Sequence record: SRR22947725_940
Reading direction: 5' to 3' (one strand)
DNA: 39,563 nt
This document shows positions 9,430-19,300 of this stretch, piece after piece (the first letter of the stretch is position 1; every line of letters starts with the position of its first letter). Made by a program: the position numbers and the translations under genes. The notes beneath the pieces were generated by a model. That model was given only the letters and a program-made list of their open reading frames with translations. It did no database searches and was not told where the DNA came from.

Positions 9430-10753
9430 CGATGATTAACCAGGCCTCTCCCCGATAGCGAAGACCCAAGGTGAGAGCCCTGGCCCCAATGTATCCGATA
9501 CCGAATGCCACTTCCAGCATCATCAGGCCCAGCAGGTTAATTTCGCCCCCCGGGGTGGAAACCAGACTTGCGAGCCACAAGAACGGAGCAAACATCGCAA
9601 GGTTCAGCACCCCGGTGAGCGCAAGATATCTACCGTCACCGGCTCCAATAAGAACCCCGTCTAAGACAAAGACGAAAGCGGAAAGAGGGAGCGTGAGCCC
9701 CAGTAACACCAGGACGGGCCACAATGCCTCGCGGATACTGGTCTCCGAGGTCATCACCAGGGGAAGAAGCGGAGAAAGCATTCCCGTTATCGCGGCCAGA
9801 ACTCCTCCAGAAAGAAATCCCCAGCGAATCAACCGTTGGGTTGTTGCCCGAACAGCAGCGCGATTGCCGGCCCCTAAGTCATGCCCAATTAGCGCTTGAC
9901 CAGCGATGGCGAGAGCGTCTAAGGCGAGGGCCAAGAGCGAGAAAAGAGTAAAAATAATGTGCCAGGCCGCCAACTCGGAGGTGCCCAGGCTGGTAGCCAC
10001 CACGACGGTGGCCACCAGCGCGATGCGAAGGCTGAGCGTTCTCACCAGCAACCAACTACCGGACTTGGCGGCCTGGGTGAGCCCGGTAAGCCCGGGTCGA
10101 AGAGACACGTGAACGGTGGACGCTTTTTTCGTCACCAAGACAAGGAACACCGCAGCCATCGCCCACTGCGCGGCGACAGTTCCCCAGGCGGATCCCACCA
10201 ACCCCAGGTTGAAGCCATAGATCAGCAGTGCGTTGAGCAGAGCGTTCGCGCCAAACCCGGCAACAGCGATGTAGAGGGGTGTTCTTGTGTCCTGAAGGCC
10301 GCGGAGCATCCCGGTCGCAGCGATCACCAGAAGCATCCCCGGCAATCCCCACCACGAAACCAACAGATAGGAGGCGGCGCCGGCCGCCACCGCATCGCTG
10401 GCGGGGAAGAGCCCCACAACGGCAGGTGTGGTGAGGTAACCGAGAATTCCCAAGACAACCCCGAGGCCTGCCGCAAGCCACAGGCCATCTATTCCCGCGC
10501 TAATCGCACCGGGTGTGTCACCTGACCCTAAGCGCCTGGCCACCAGGGGCGTCGTGGCGTAGGCGAGGAAGATGAGTAATCCCACCACGGTGGCGGCGAT
10601 GGTGCTCGCAAGCCCCAGCGCTGCTAAAGCGTCTGCACCAAGGTGCCCGACCATCGCGGTGTCGGTGAGCAGGAATAACGGCTCCGCTACCAGTGCGCCC
10701 AGAGCGGGTATGGCGAGCGCAAAAATCCGCTTATCCAGGCTGTCCATTCGCAC
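9416..10753 (-). CDS. MATE family efflux transporter (DinF-like)
   Basis: LAIPALGALVAEPL...DTAMVGHLG, RGLQDTRTP, LDALAIAGQ, DGVLIGAGD. Confidence 0.92.
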   Translation of the reverse strand: MRMDSLDKRIFALAIPALGALVAEPLFLLTDTAMVGHLGADALAALGLASTIAATVVGLLIFLAYATTPLVARRLGSGDTPGAISAGIDGLWLAAGLGVVLGILGYLTTPAVVGLFPASDAVAAGAASYLLVSWWGLPGMLLVIAATGMLRGLQDTRTPLYIAVAGFGANALLNALLIYGFNLGLVGSAWGTVAAQWAMAAVFLVLVTKKASTVHVSLRPGLTGLTQAAKSGSWLLVRTLSLRIALVATVVVATSLGTSELAAWHIIFTLFSLLALALDALAIAGQALIGHDLGAGNRAAVRATTQRLIRWGFLSGGVLAAITGMLSPLLPLVMTSETSIREALWPVLVLLGLTLPLSAFVFVLDGVLIGAGDGRYLALTGVLNLAMFAPFLWLASLVSTPGGEINLLGLMMLEVAFGIGYIGARALTLGLRYRGEAWLIIGEKR

Positions 10754-10805
10754 CAGCCCACGCTACAACCCGGAAGGCCAGGGTTTGCGAGATTAGGCTA
10801 AGTGG

Positions 10806-12764
10806 GTGCTAAAAAGTGGAATAGAAACTAAAGAACGCGATGACCAACGACACCCCGGGGATGACCTCTATCTCCACATGAATGGCCGATGGCTTGACTC
10901 TTCAGAAATCCCCGCCGACAAAGCGCGCTACGGCGCTTTCACGGTTCTCGCGGAAGAAGCCGAAAAAGCCGTCAAGGACATTATCGAAAGCTCCCATGGT
11001 GCCGCGACTGGTTCAGCTGCCCGGAAAGTAGGCGACCTTTACACCAGCTTTATGGATGAAGAAAGAATCGAATCGGTCGGGGTGGCTCCGCTCGCGGCAC
11101 TCCTGGAAGAGATTGCGGAGGCGGCCGATAGGGGCAAAGAAGCGCTTGCCATCTTGCTGGGAAGCCTTGAACGCCGAGGCGTCGAAGGCTTCTGGCAACT
11201 TTTTGTCGATAACGACCCGGGCAATCCCGATCGCTATGTCATCTTCCTTGAGCAGGGCGGTATCTCGTTGCCCGATGAGGCCTATTACCGCCAAGACGAA
11301 TATGCCGATATCCGCTCCGCTTTTCTCTCGCACCTCGAGCGAGTCTTTGATTTGGTGGGGGCAAATCAGGTGGCTAAGCGGGCAGCGCGGGTCATGGCGG
11401 TGGAAACTCGCTTAGCGAGTCACCACTGGGACAACGTGAAGTGCCGGGATGCGGAGGCGACCTATAACTTGTGGCCTGCGGAGGACTTCACCGCCAGCCT
11501 GGGTGCCCTTCCCTTTGAGCTGTGGCGTAAAGCAGCGGGAATCGACTCTGTGGTCTTTGCCGAGCTCGTGATTCGCCAGCCTGACTTTGTGACATCCCTC
11601 GAAGCGGTGTGGAGCGAATTGTCGGCGCCTGAAATTCGAGACTGGATGATGTGGAACACCGTCAGGGCTTTCTCCTCCTACCTCAGCGATGCCCTGGTGC
11701 AGGCAAACTTCGACTTCTTTGGCACCACGCTCTCGGGGACACCCGAGATAAGGAAGCGGTGGAAAAGGGGTGTTTCTTTCGTCGAGTCCGTCATGGGGGA
11801 AGCCGTCGGGGAGCTCTATGTTGAAGAGCACTTTCCGCCAGAATCCAAGGCGCAGATGGATGAACTGGTAACGAAGCTGTTGGACGCTTACCGAGAAAGC
11901 ATCCAGGGACTCACCTGGATGAGCGAGGCCACAAAGGTCAAAGCCCTCGAAAAGCTCGACACGTTTGTCCCCAAAATCGGATATCCCGAGAAGTGGCGGG
12001 ATTACAGCACCCTCGCCGTAGACCCTTCGGACCTGCTGGCTAATGTTCAGGCGGGTAACGAGTTTGAGTTCGCCAGAGAACTGGGAAAGATTGGGTCGCC
12101 CATCGATCGCACCGAATGGTTCATGACGCCCCAAACGGTGAACGCCTATTACAACCCGGGTTTCAACGAGATCGTTTTTCCCGCAGCGATCCTCCAATAC
12201 CCGTTCTTTGATCCTGAGCGAGATGCCGCGGCCAACTACGGCGCTATTGGCGCAGTGATTGGGCACGAAATCGGGCACGGGTTCGATGACCAGGGGTCTC
12301 GGTTTGATGGTTCTGGGAAGCTTCACAATTGGTGGAGCGAGAGCGACCGCGAAGCCTTCGAAGAGCGAACCGGCGATTTGATTACGCAGTTCAATGCCTT
12401 GTCTCCGAAACAATTACCGGGCCACAAGGTGAATGGGGAACTTACGATCGGGGAAAATATCGGCGACCTGGGCGGCCTAGCGATTGCCTGGCAGGCCTAC
12501 CTCTTGGCTCTTGGAGGAGAGGAGCCACCGGTAGTCGAGGGACTGACGGGAGCGCAGCGATTCTGCCTGTCGTGGGCCCAGTCGTGGAAGCTTGCTGTTC
12601 GTGAAGAAGAAGCGCTGCGGTTGTTGGCGATTGACCCGCATTCGCCCCCCGAGTTCCGCTGTAATCAAATCGCCAGGAACCTCGATGTGTTTTATGAAGC
12701 GTTTGGCGTGGGAGAAAACCACGCCCTGTGGCTGGCCCCAGAAAAGCGCGTCTCCATCTGGTAA
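10806..12764 (+). CDS. pepO: M13 family zinc metalloendopeptidase (PepO/Zmp1-like)
   Basis: VNAYY, HEIGH (HExxH), GENIGD, DPHSP motifs; no signal peptide. Confidence 0.93.
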   Translation: MLKSGIETKERDDQRHPGDDLYLHMNGRWLDSSEIPADKARYGAFTVLAEEAEKAVKDIIESSHGAATGSAARKVGDLYTSFMDEERIESVGVAPLAALLEEIAEAADRGKEALAILLGSLERRGVEGFWQLFVDNDPGNPDRYVIFLEQGGISLPDEAYYRQDEYADIRSAFLSHLERVFDLVGANQVAKRAARVMAVETRLASHHWDNVKCRDAEATYNLWPAEDFTASLGALPFELWRKAAGIDSVVFAELVIRQPDFVTSLEAVWSELSAPEIRDWMMWNTVRAFSSYLSDALVQANFDFFGTTLSGTPEIRKRWKRGVSFVESVMGEAVGELYVEEHFPPESKAQMDELVTKLLDAYRESIQGLTWMSEATKVKALEKLDTFVPKIGYPEKWRDYSTLAVDPSDLLANVQAGNEFEFARELGKIGSPIDRTEWFMTPQTVNAYYNPGFNEIVFPAAILQYPFFDPERDAAANYGAIGAVIGHEIGHGFDDQGSRFDGSGKLHNWWSESDREAFEERTGDLITQFNALSPKQLPGHKVNGELTIGENIGDLGGLAIAWQAYLLALGGEEPPVVEGLTGAQRFCLSWAQSWKLAVREEEALRLLAIDPHSPPEFRCNQIARNLDVFYEAFGVGENHALWLAPEKRVSIW

Positions 12765-12837
12765 ATCCTAGAAAACCCCGCTACTCTGGGGGAAGTCGTA
12801 TTACATTCCAAAATTGGAATACATATCGGAGGAAGCA

Positions 12838-13098
12838 ATGAAGGGCAAAATTCTTATGGTTGTTGGCCTAGTTTTAGGCTACATCTTGGGGGCCCGTGCA
12901 GGGCGCGAGCGGTACGAGCAAATCCGAGCTGGCGCCGAAAAGGTATGGCAGGATCCCCGCGTTCAGCGCCAGGTTCACACCGTGGAGGAGTTCGTGAAAG
13001 ACAAGGCACCGGACTTGACGGATAAAGCTACTCAGGCGGCAAAGACGGTGGTCACGAAGGTTCGTGATGCCACCGGCTCCAAGTCTGACGGCGCCTAG
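12838..13098 (+). CDS. Small membrane-anchored protein (YtxH-like)
   Basis: MKGKILMVVGLVLGYILGARAGRERYEQI N-terminal anchor followed by an amphipathic tail; GGAGG RBS before ATG 12838. Confidence 0.8.
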   Translation: MKGKILMVVGLVLGYILGARAGRERYEQIRAGAEKVWQDPRVQRQVHTVEEFVKDKAPDLTDKATQAAKTVVTKVRDATGSKSDGA

Positions 13099-13109
13099 AG
13101 GATCTCTCT

Positions 13110-13517
13110 ATGACCGAGCAGTCGGCTCGTGATGCAGCGAAGAAGAAGAGCTTTCTCTCGCTGATGACGGACATTCCCCACCTCATCGTGCAACTGGTTC
13201 GAGCCGAGCTCGAGCTCCTCAAGACGGAAATCGTGGCAAAGCTCAAAGCCACAGGGATTGGGCTGGGACTCTTTGCCATCAGCGTGTCCTTGATTATCTT
13301 TGCCTTGCTGCTTTTGGTCTTCACGGCAGTGTTTGCTTTGGCCCTGGTTGTTCCGCTCTGGGCAGCCTCACTCATCAGCGCTGGTGGTGTTCTTGTGGCC
13401 GCAGCCGCGATTGCCCTTGCCGGCGCTGGCGTGATGTCCCGGGCAAAGAGCCCCACACCGGATGAAACTATTGAGAGCATCCGCAAGGATATTCAGGTCC
13501 TCCGGGGGGATAAATAA
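13110..13517 (+). CDS. Phage holin superfamily III (YqjE-like) membrane protein
   Basis: LVRAELELLKTEI helix, two TM segments, C-terminal PTPDETIESIRKD. Confidence 0.82.
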   Translation: MTEQSARDAAKKKSFLSLMTDIPHLIVQLVRAELELLKTEIVAKLKATGIGLGLFAISVSLIIFALLLLVFTAVFALALVVPLWAASLISAGGVLVAAAAIALAGAGVMSRAKSPTPDETIESIRKDIQVLRGDK

Positions 13518-13744
13518 TGTCGCGTAAAGAAGTCCGGGAATTCGTTTCCTCCACCAGGGACGATCTCGAAGCCACTCTGGACGAAATTGAACACAGAATC
13601 ACTCCCGCCGAACTAGCCAAACAGGCCTCAGGTTGGGTTTCGCGCTCCTATGACCGGTTTCCTGCGGCGTGGCTTGCAGGAATTGGCGCGAGTGTCATTG
13701 CCGGTGTTGCGGCGGTGCTCTGGGCGTTTACGAAGGACGACTAA
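13517..13744 (+). CDS. DUF3618-like small protein with C-terminal TM anchor
   Basis: TRDDLEATLDEIEHRITP helix, C-terminal hydrophobic helix; TAATG coupling to the upstream gene. Confidence 0.75.
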   Translation: MSRKEVREFVSSTRDDLEATLDEIEHRITPAELAKQASGWVSRSYDRFPAAWLAGIGASVIAGVAAVLWAFTKDD

Positions 13745-14748
13745 GCCCCAACCTCGACAACCACTCGTCCCCTGGTCAGACCGGCAATAACTCTGGGCGC
13801 ATATTCTTTGACTTCATCGAGACCTATGACCGTGGTGATTTTCTCCCACGGAACGGTGGGGGCAAGTGAGGCCCACCGATCCCACGTCTCGCGCCGGATC
13901 TCTCGAGACTGTGTCACTGAGTTAACTCCCATCAAGCTGACCCCCCTCAAGATAAAGGGCATCACGGTGGCGGGAAGATCTGTTCCCCCCGCGAGACCAC
14001 ACGCCACCACCACGCCGTCGCTGGCCGTGCAGGCAAGCAGAGTGGCCAACAGCTCACCACCGGCCTGGTCAATCACTCCGGAATACAGCTCTTTCGAAAG
14101 AGGCTTCCCCGCCTGGGTAAGTACTTCTTGCCGGGAGAGGACCTCGGTTGCCCCGAGTCCTCTCAGGTACTCCTCTTCATCGGTGCGCCCTGTGATGGCA
14201 GTGACCGTAAAACCAGCCTGAGCGAGTAAGAAGATGCAGAAGGAGCCCACAGCACCGGCGGCACCGGTAACGGCAATCGGCTTTGTGCACGATTCGGGAG
14301 TGAGCCCTGCGGTCTGAAGCTTGGCCATCGCAAGGGCGGCGGTGAAACCTGCGGTACCGATCGATGCTGCCTGTTCGGGGGTGAGACCAGCAGGTAGTGC
14401 GAGCACGTGCCCTGGATCAACGCGGATTCGAGTGGCAAGTCCACCATGGCGTTGCTCGCCATAGCCCCAGCCGGTGAGCAGCACTGAGTCACCCACGTGA
14501 AAACTGCTCTCCGAGCACGACACAACAGACCCGACAGCGTCTATTCCAGGAATCAGCGGGGTCTGGCGGACGACACCGCGGGAACCCGTCAGGGCCAGCG
14601 CGTCCTTGTAATTGAGGGCGGAGTGGCTCACCGAAATCTCTAAGGAACCCTCGCCAAGCTCGGAAGGGGAAATATTTCGACGCAGAGTGGCCGTGAGATG
14701 ACCCGAGCCTTCACCGGTGATCCACCAGCCTGTGGCGTGCTCAACCAA
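13741..14748 (-). CDS. acuI: MDR family oxidoreductase, acryloyl-CoA reductase AcuI/YhdH-like (start uncertain)
   Basis: SALNYKDALA, PLIPGIDAVG, IGTAGFTAAL, TGAAGAVG, PFILRGVSLMGVNS; TTG 14748 overlapping the pfkA end chosen as start. Confidence 0.8.
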   Translation of the reverse strand: MVEHATGWWITGEGSGHLTATLRRNISPSELGEGSLEISVSHSALNYKDALALTGSRGVVRQTPLIPGIDAVGSVVSCSESSFHVGDSVLLTGWGYGEQRHGGLATRIRVDPGHVLALPAGLTPEQAASIGTAGFTAALAMAKLQTAGLTPESCTKPIAVTGAAGAVGSFCIFLLAQAGFTVTAITGRTDEEEYLRGLGATEVLSRQEVLTQAGKPLSKELYSGVIDQAGGELLATLLACTASDGVVVACGLAGGTDLPATVMPFILRGVSLMGVNSVTQSREIRRETWDRWASLAPTVPWEKITTVIGLDEVKEYAPRVIAGLTRGRVVVEVGA

Positions 14749-15763
14749 AGAGCATCTCTGCTGCCTCGTATCGGTCATCGGGCACGGTTTTGAGGGCACC
14801 TAGAGCGTCGACAAAATCGACACGCACTATTTCTGTCCCTCGAAGCGCCACCATGTGGCCCCACTGGTGGTCATTAACCAGGTTGATGACACTCATCCCA
14901 AAACGGGTGGCAAGCACCCGGTCAAAGGCGCTCGGCGTCCCCCCGCGCTGGATGTGTCCCAAGGTGGTGGCGCGAGTCTCAATCCCGGTGGCGTCCTCAA
15001 TCATGGGGGCAAGCATCTCGCCGATACCACCGAGTCGTGGCCGACCGAACGCATCCAAACCGCGTTCTGAATGCGCGTCATCCATTGTGTCGAGGGCAAA
15101 GCCCTCCGCCACCACGACCAGAGGCGCTCTCCCTCTATCGGCCGCCGAGCGGACCCATTTCAAGATATCTTCCATGCTGGTCTTGCGTTCGGGAATCAAA
15201 ATCGCATGCGCTCCGGCGGCCATACCCGAGTGAAGGGCAATCCACCCCACGTGACGTCCCATAACTTCGGCAACCATGCAACGAGAATGTGAGTCACCGG
15301 TGGTGCGGAGGCGATCCATCGCCTCCGTGGCGATACTGATCGCGGTGTCAAAACCGAAGGTGAAGTCAGTCCCGTTGAGGTCGTTGTCTACGGTCTTGGG
15401 AACCCCGACAATCGGAACGCTGGCATCGGAGAGCTCCTTTGCTGCTGCGAGGCTGCCTTCGCCGCCGATGGCGATGATGGCGTCAATATTGTGCTCTGCC
15501 AGGACCTCGTTGACTCTCTCGACCCCACCGTGTTCAAAAGGGTTCGTTCGTGAGGTTCCAAGGATGGTGCCACCCTCCTTGGAAATACCTTTCACTTCGT
15601 GTCGGGTCAAAGGCATGATGTCGGGTTCACAGAGACCCTTGTATCCCCCGACGAAACCGACGAATTCGTGGCCGTGAACACGGGTGCCTTTGAGGACAGC
15701 GGCCCGGATGACGGCATTCAGGCCGGGAGCGTCGCCACCGCTGGTGAGGATTCCAATTTTCAT
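14741..15763 (-). CDS. pfkA: 6-phosphofructokinase
   Basis: LTSGGDAPGLNA, GGTILGTSR, IGGEGS, PKTVDND, EVMGR, LGHIQRGG. Confidence 0.95.
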   Translation of the reverse strand: MKIGILTSGGDAPGLNAVIRAAVLKGTRVHGHEFVGFVGGYKGLCEPDIMPLTRHEVKGISKEGGTILGTSRTNPFEHGGVERVNEVLAEHNIDAIIAIGGEGSLAAAKELSDASVPIVGVPKTVDNDLNGTDFTFGFDTAISIATEAMDRLRTTGDSHSRCMVAEVMGRHVGWIALHSGMAAGAHAILIPERKTSMEDILKWVRSAADRGRAPLVVVAEGFALDTMDDAHSERGLDAFGRPRLGGIGEMLAPMIEDATGIETRATTLGHIQRGGTPSAFDRVLATRFGMSVINLVNDHQWGHMVALRGTEIVRVDFVDALGALKTVPDDRYEAAEMLFG

Positions 15764-15903
15764 GTCTCTATTCTGGCGCCTTTGGGGGAAGCGATTACCC
15801 GCATCACGTCAAATTCATAGGATTCACCAAGGCCTGGCCAAGAAACCGCCCGTATCCTGGGGCAGCAGGGCGAGAAACCCTGGTCATTGAAAAGGAGAAA
15901 ACC

Positions 15904-16263
15904 ATGGCAAAGACTATTGAGCCTGTGGCGGCAACGGAACACGCTGCCACCACCACAACGAGCGTTGGTCCCTACGACGATTACGCGGGCAAAACCATGG
16001 GCATTGTTGCTCTCGTGTTGGCATTTTTCACCCAAATTCCCGCCCTCATCCTTGGCATTATCGCCTGGGTGTGGTCCAAGAACGCGGGCGTATCGAACGT
16101 TCCTGCAAAAGTTGCTGTTGCGGTCAGCTCGGGATTGATCGTGCTCGGCCTCCTGGTCGTCATTGGCTGGGTTATCCTCGTCGCCTCCGCGATTGATGGG
16201 TTTGGCCCACTCCAAGGTTTCGAAAACTGGGACATGGGTGGTCCTGGTCGCCTCCGTAGTTAA
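15904..16263 (+). CDS. Small membrane protein (DUF4190-like)
   Basis: AAGGAG RBS; GKTMGIVALVLAF...LILGIIA and a further TM helix. Confidence 0.7.
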   Translation: MAKTIEPVAATEHAATTTTSVGPYDDYAGKTMGIVALVLAFFTQIPALILGIIAWVWSKNAGVSNVPAKVAVAVSSGLIVLGLLVVIGWVILVASAIDGFGPLQGFENWDMGGPGRLRS

Positions 16264-16272
16264 GGTGTAGCG

Positions 16273-16321
16273 AAACCCCTCGGTGAGGGGAGTCTCTGAC
16301 TCTCAACACCGAGGGGTTTTT
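16273..16321 (+). terminator. Intrinsic terminator / long hairpin between the DUF4190-like gene and putA
   Basis: 13-bp perfect inverted repeat AAACCCCTCGGTG (16273-16285) / CACCGAGGGGTTT (16307-16319), inner GAGTC-TCT-GACTC stem, ending in a 5-T run (16317-16321). Confidence 0.8.
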
Positions 16322-16364
16322 GCGTGATGTGCGCTGAGCAAGTACACCCTCTACGCTTGCCCTT

Positions 16365-19300
16365 ATGGCCCAGGCGTTGAACGAGAAACCAGCGACCCCA
16401 AAAAAACCTTTGGGGATTGCTGGAGCCACATCGCTGGCAAACGATTCGGTGGCTCTCGTCCGTTCGTGGCTCGACCGCGCCGCGGTGCTCCACCGCAGGC
16501 CAGACGCCTCCTCCGAGAGGCTGGCGGGGGTCTTGAAAGACGCTCAAGGGCCGGCGTTTGCGCTGGGGTTTGTGGATCGCGTTGCCCGCCCCGAAGATTT
16601 GGCGGTTGCCGGTCGGAACTTTCGCGAGCTCTCCCGCGATATACCGGCTTTTCTGCCTGGCATTTTGCGCATGCTGATTCAGGTGGGTGGATTTTTTGCC
16701 CCCATATTTCCGAGTCTGGTGGTGCCGATAGCCCGGTGGGCGCTGAAAACGTTGATCGGCCACCTGATAATCGACGCGAGCGACAAACGCCTCGGCAGGT
16801 CACTCAAGCATTTGACCCGCAAGGGTGATCGTTTGAACATCAATCTTTTAGGGGAGGCCGTGTTGGGCGATCAAGAAGCCGATCGCCGTTTGGCAGGGGT
16901 GTCCGCCCTTATTGCGCGCCCGGACGTTGATTACGTTTCCGTGAAGGTTTCCTCCCTTTCTAGCCAGCTATCGATGTGGGCGTTTGACGAGACGGTGGAA
17001 CGAGTAGTCAAGCGCCTTATTCCTCTGTTCCAGCAGGCGGCCGCTACGACACCACCCACTTTTATTAACCTCGACATGGAGGAGTTCAAAGACCTCGATA
17101 TGACCATCGAGGTCTTTGAGGGCGTCTATAGCAATGCGTCACTGAAGAACTACACGGGCGGCATCGTTCTCCAGGCCTATTTGCCCGAAGCCCTGGATGC
17201 GATGAAGCGCATCCAGGCTTTTGCCAGTGACAGGGTGAGCAAGGGTGGCGCCTGTGTGAAGGTGCGTGTGGCGAAGGGCGCGAACCTTCAAATGGAAGAA
17301 GTGGATGGAGCGGTTCACGACTGGCCTCTGGCGGTGTTGCCCTCAAAGCAGGAAAGCGACACCAACTACAAGCGGGTGCTGGAATACTCCCTCACCACGG
17401 CACGAACGAAGGCTGTCCGCATCGGGGTCGCTGGCCACAACCTTTTTGATGTTGCCCTCGCTTACCTGATGGCTAAAGGCCGAGGGTCTCTGGAAGGTGT
17501 CGACTTCGAAATGTTGATCGGTATGGCACCCGATCAGGCTGATGCGGTCCGCGAGACGGTCGGCCAACTGATTCTCTACACCCCCGTCGTGCACCCTAAA
17601 GAATTTGATGCGGCCGTTGGGTATTTGGTCCGCCGGTTGGATGAGAACGCTAGCCCCGAGAACTTTATGTCCGCGGTCTTTGATCTCCACGACAACGCAG
17701 AGCTGTTTGCGCGAGAGGAGGCGCGGTTTCGTTCTTCTCTGAAAGCGCTCACCGCCAAGGCGCCGAAGTACCACCGAGTTCAAAACCAAGGTGACTTCCG
17801 GCCCTCAGGAGCACACATCGGTGATGTTTTTCACAACGAACCTGACACTGATCCTTCTTTGGCGGCAAACCGCGGGTGGGCAAGGGAAGTCAGGAAATTG
17901 GCGTCGTCCGCGCAGGGCAAGAAGCTCGGTCTGGATGCGTTGGGCAAAGCAGCAATTCCGGAATCCCTCGGGCCCATCAAGGGTGGAATAGCTGTGGATG
18001 ACCTTGTGGTGCGGGGGCGCAAAGCCGGTGCTCTGTGGGGGAAGAAACCAGCAGCGGAGCGGGCGAATATTCTGCTGGCTGCGGCAGAACAGCTGAACAA
18101 ACGGCGCGGTGAATTTCTTGCGGTGATGATGCAAGAAGCGGGGAAAACTCTGCTGGAGGGTGACCCTGAGGTCAGCGAGGCTGTTGACTTTGCCAGGTAC
18201 TACGCCCATTCCGCTCTGGAACTTGAGACCGTGGATGGTGCCCGATTCCAGCCCGCACAATTCACTCTCGTGACACCGCCGTGGAACTTCCCCGTCGCCA
18301 TTCCTGCGGGATCGGTCTTAGCGGCGCTCGCGGCGGGAAGTGCGGTGGCGATCAAGCCAGCTCCGCAAGTCCGGCGATGCGGAGCCCTTATTGCAGAGGC
18401 GCTGTGGGCAGCCGGTGTTCCCAAGAATGTGTTGCAACTTATCGATATTGAAGAGGGCCAGATCGGTCACGGTCTGATTTCACACCCCGGCGTGGATCGG
18501 CTGATTCTCACCGGCGCCTTTGAAACAGCCCGGTTGTTCCGGTCCTGGCGGGCAGAGTTGCCGTTGTTGGCAGAAACCAGCGGCAAGAACGCTTTGATCG
18601 TGACTCCCAGTGCTGACTTTGATCTAGCGGTGGCCGACGCGGTGAAGAGCGCCTTTGGGCACGCCGGGCAGAAGTGCTCCGCGGCGAGCATTCTCATTCT
18701 TGTGGGGTCAGTCGCTAAATCGGAGCGCTTCCGCAGGCAGCTCGTGGATGCGGTGACCACGCTGAGGGTGGGGTACCCCGATGACCCAGAAGCCATGATG
18801 GGACCGGTGATCGAAGCACCCGGCGGGAAGCTTCGCTCGGGACTAACAGAGCTTGGTCGGGGCGAAAGCTGGATTCTTGAGCCTCGGCAATTAGATGAGT
18901 CAGGTCGACTGTGGTCGCCGGGAGTGAGAACAGGGGTCAAGGAGGGTAGTAAATTCCACAGGACCGAATACTTCGGTCCTGTGCTTGGCATCATGACAGC
19001 AAGGACGCTGGATGAGGCAATCGCACTACAAAACGGCACCGATTTCGGCCTTACCGCGGGGATTCATTCCCTCGACCCCCGAGAGGTTCAGCACTGGCTG
19101 GCCCGCGTGCAGGCGGGAAACTGTTACGTCAACCGTGGGATCACGGGAGCGATTGTTCAGCGTCAGCCCTTTGGCGGTTGGAAAAGCTCCAGTGTCGGCG
19201 CCGGGTCCAAAGCTGGCGGCCCCAACTATCTCTTTGGCTTGGGTTCGTGGCGGCGAACCCGAGCAACTGCTGTGGTGGGACCTCAGAGGACCGACCCCTA

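Noticed and set aside
11412..12413. 333-aa antisense ORF inside the M13 peptidase, and similar long shadow ORFs (1429-2073, 2620-3357, 25792-26583, 29396-30334, 33069-33695)
   Set aside because: They lie opposite well-supported genes, have no recognisable motifs, and are expected from high-GC codon bias
13110..13517. Holin-like gene as evidence of a prophage
   Set aside because: No endolysin, structural, terminase or integrase genes nearby; the family is commonly chromosomal
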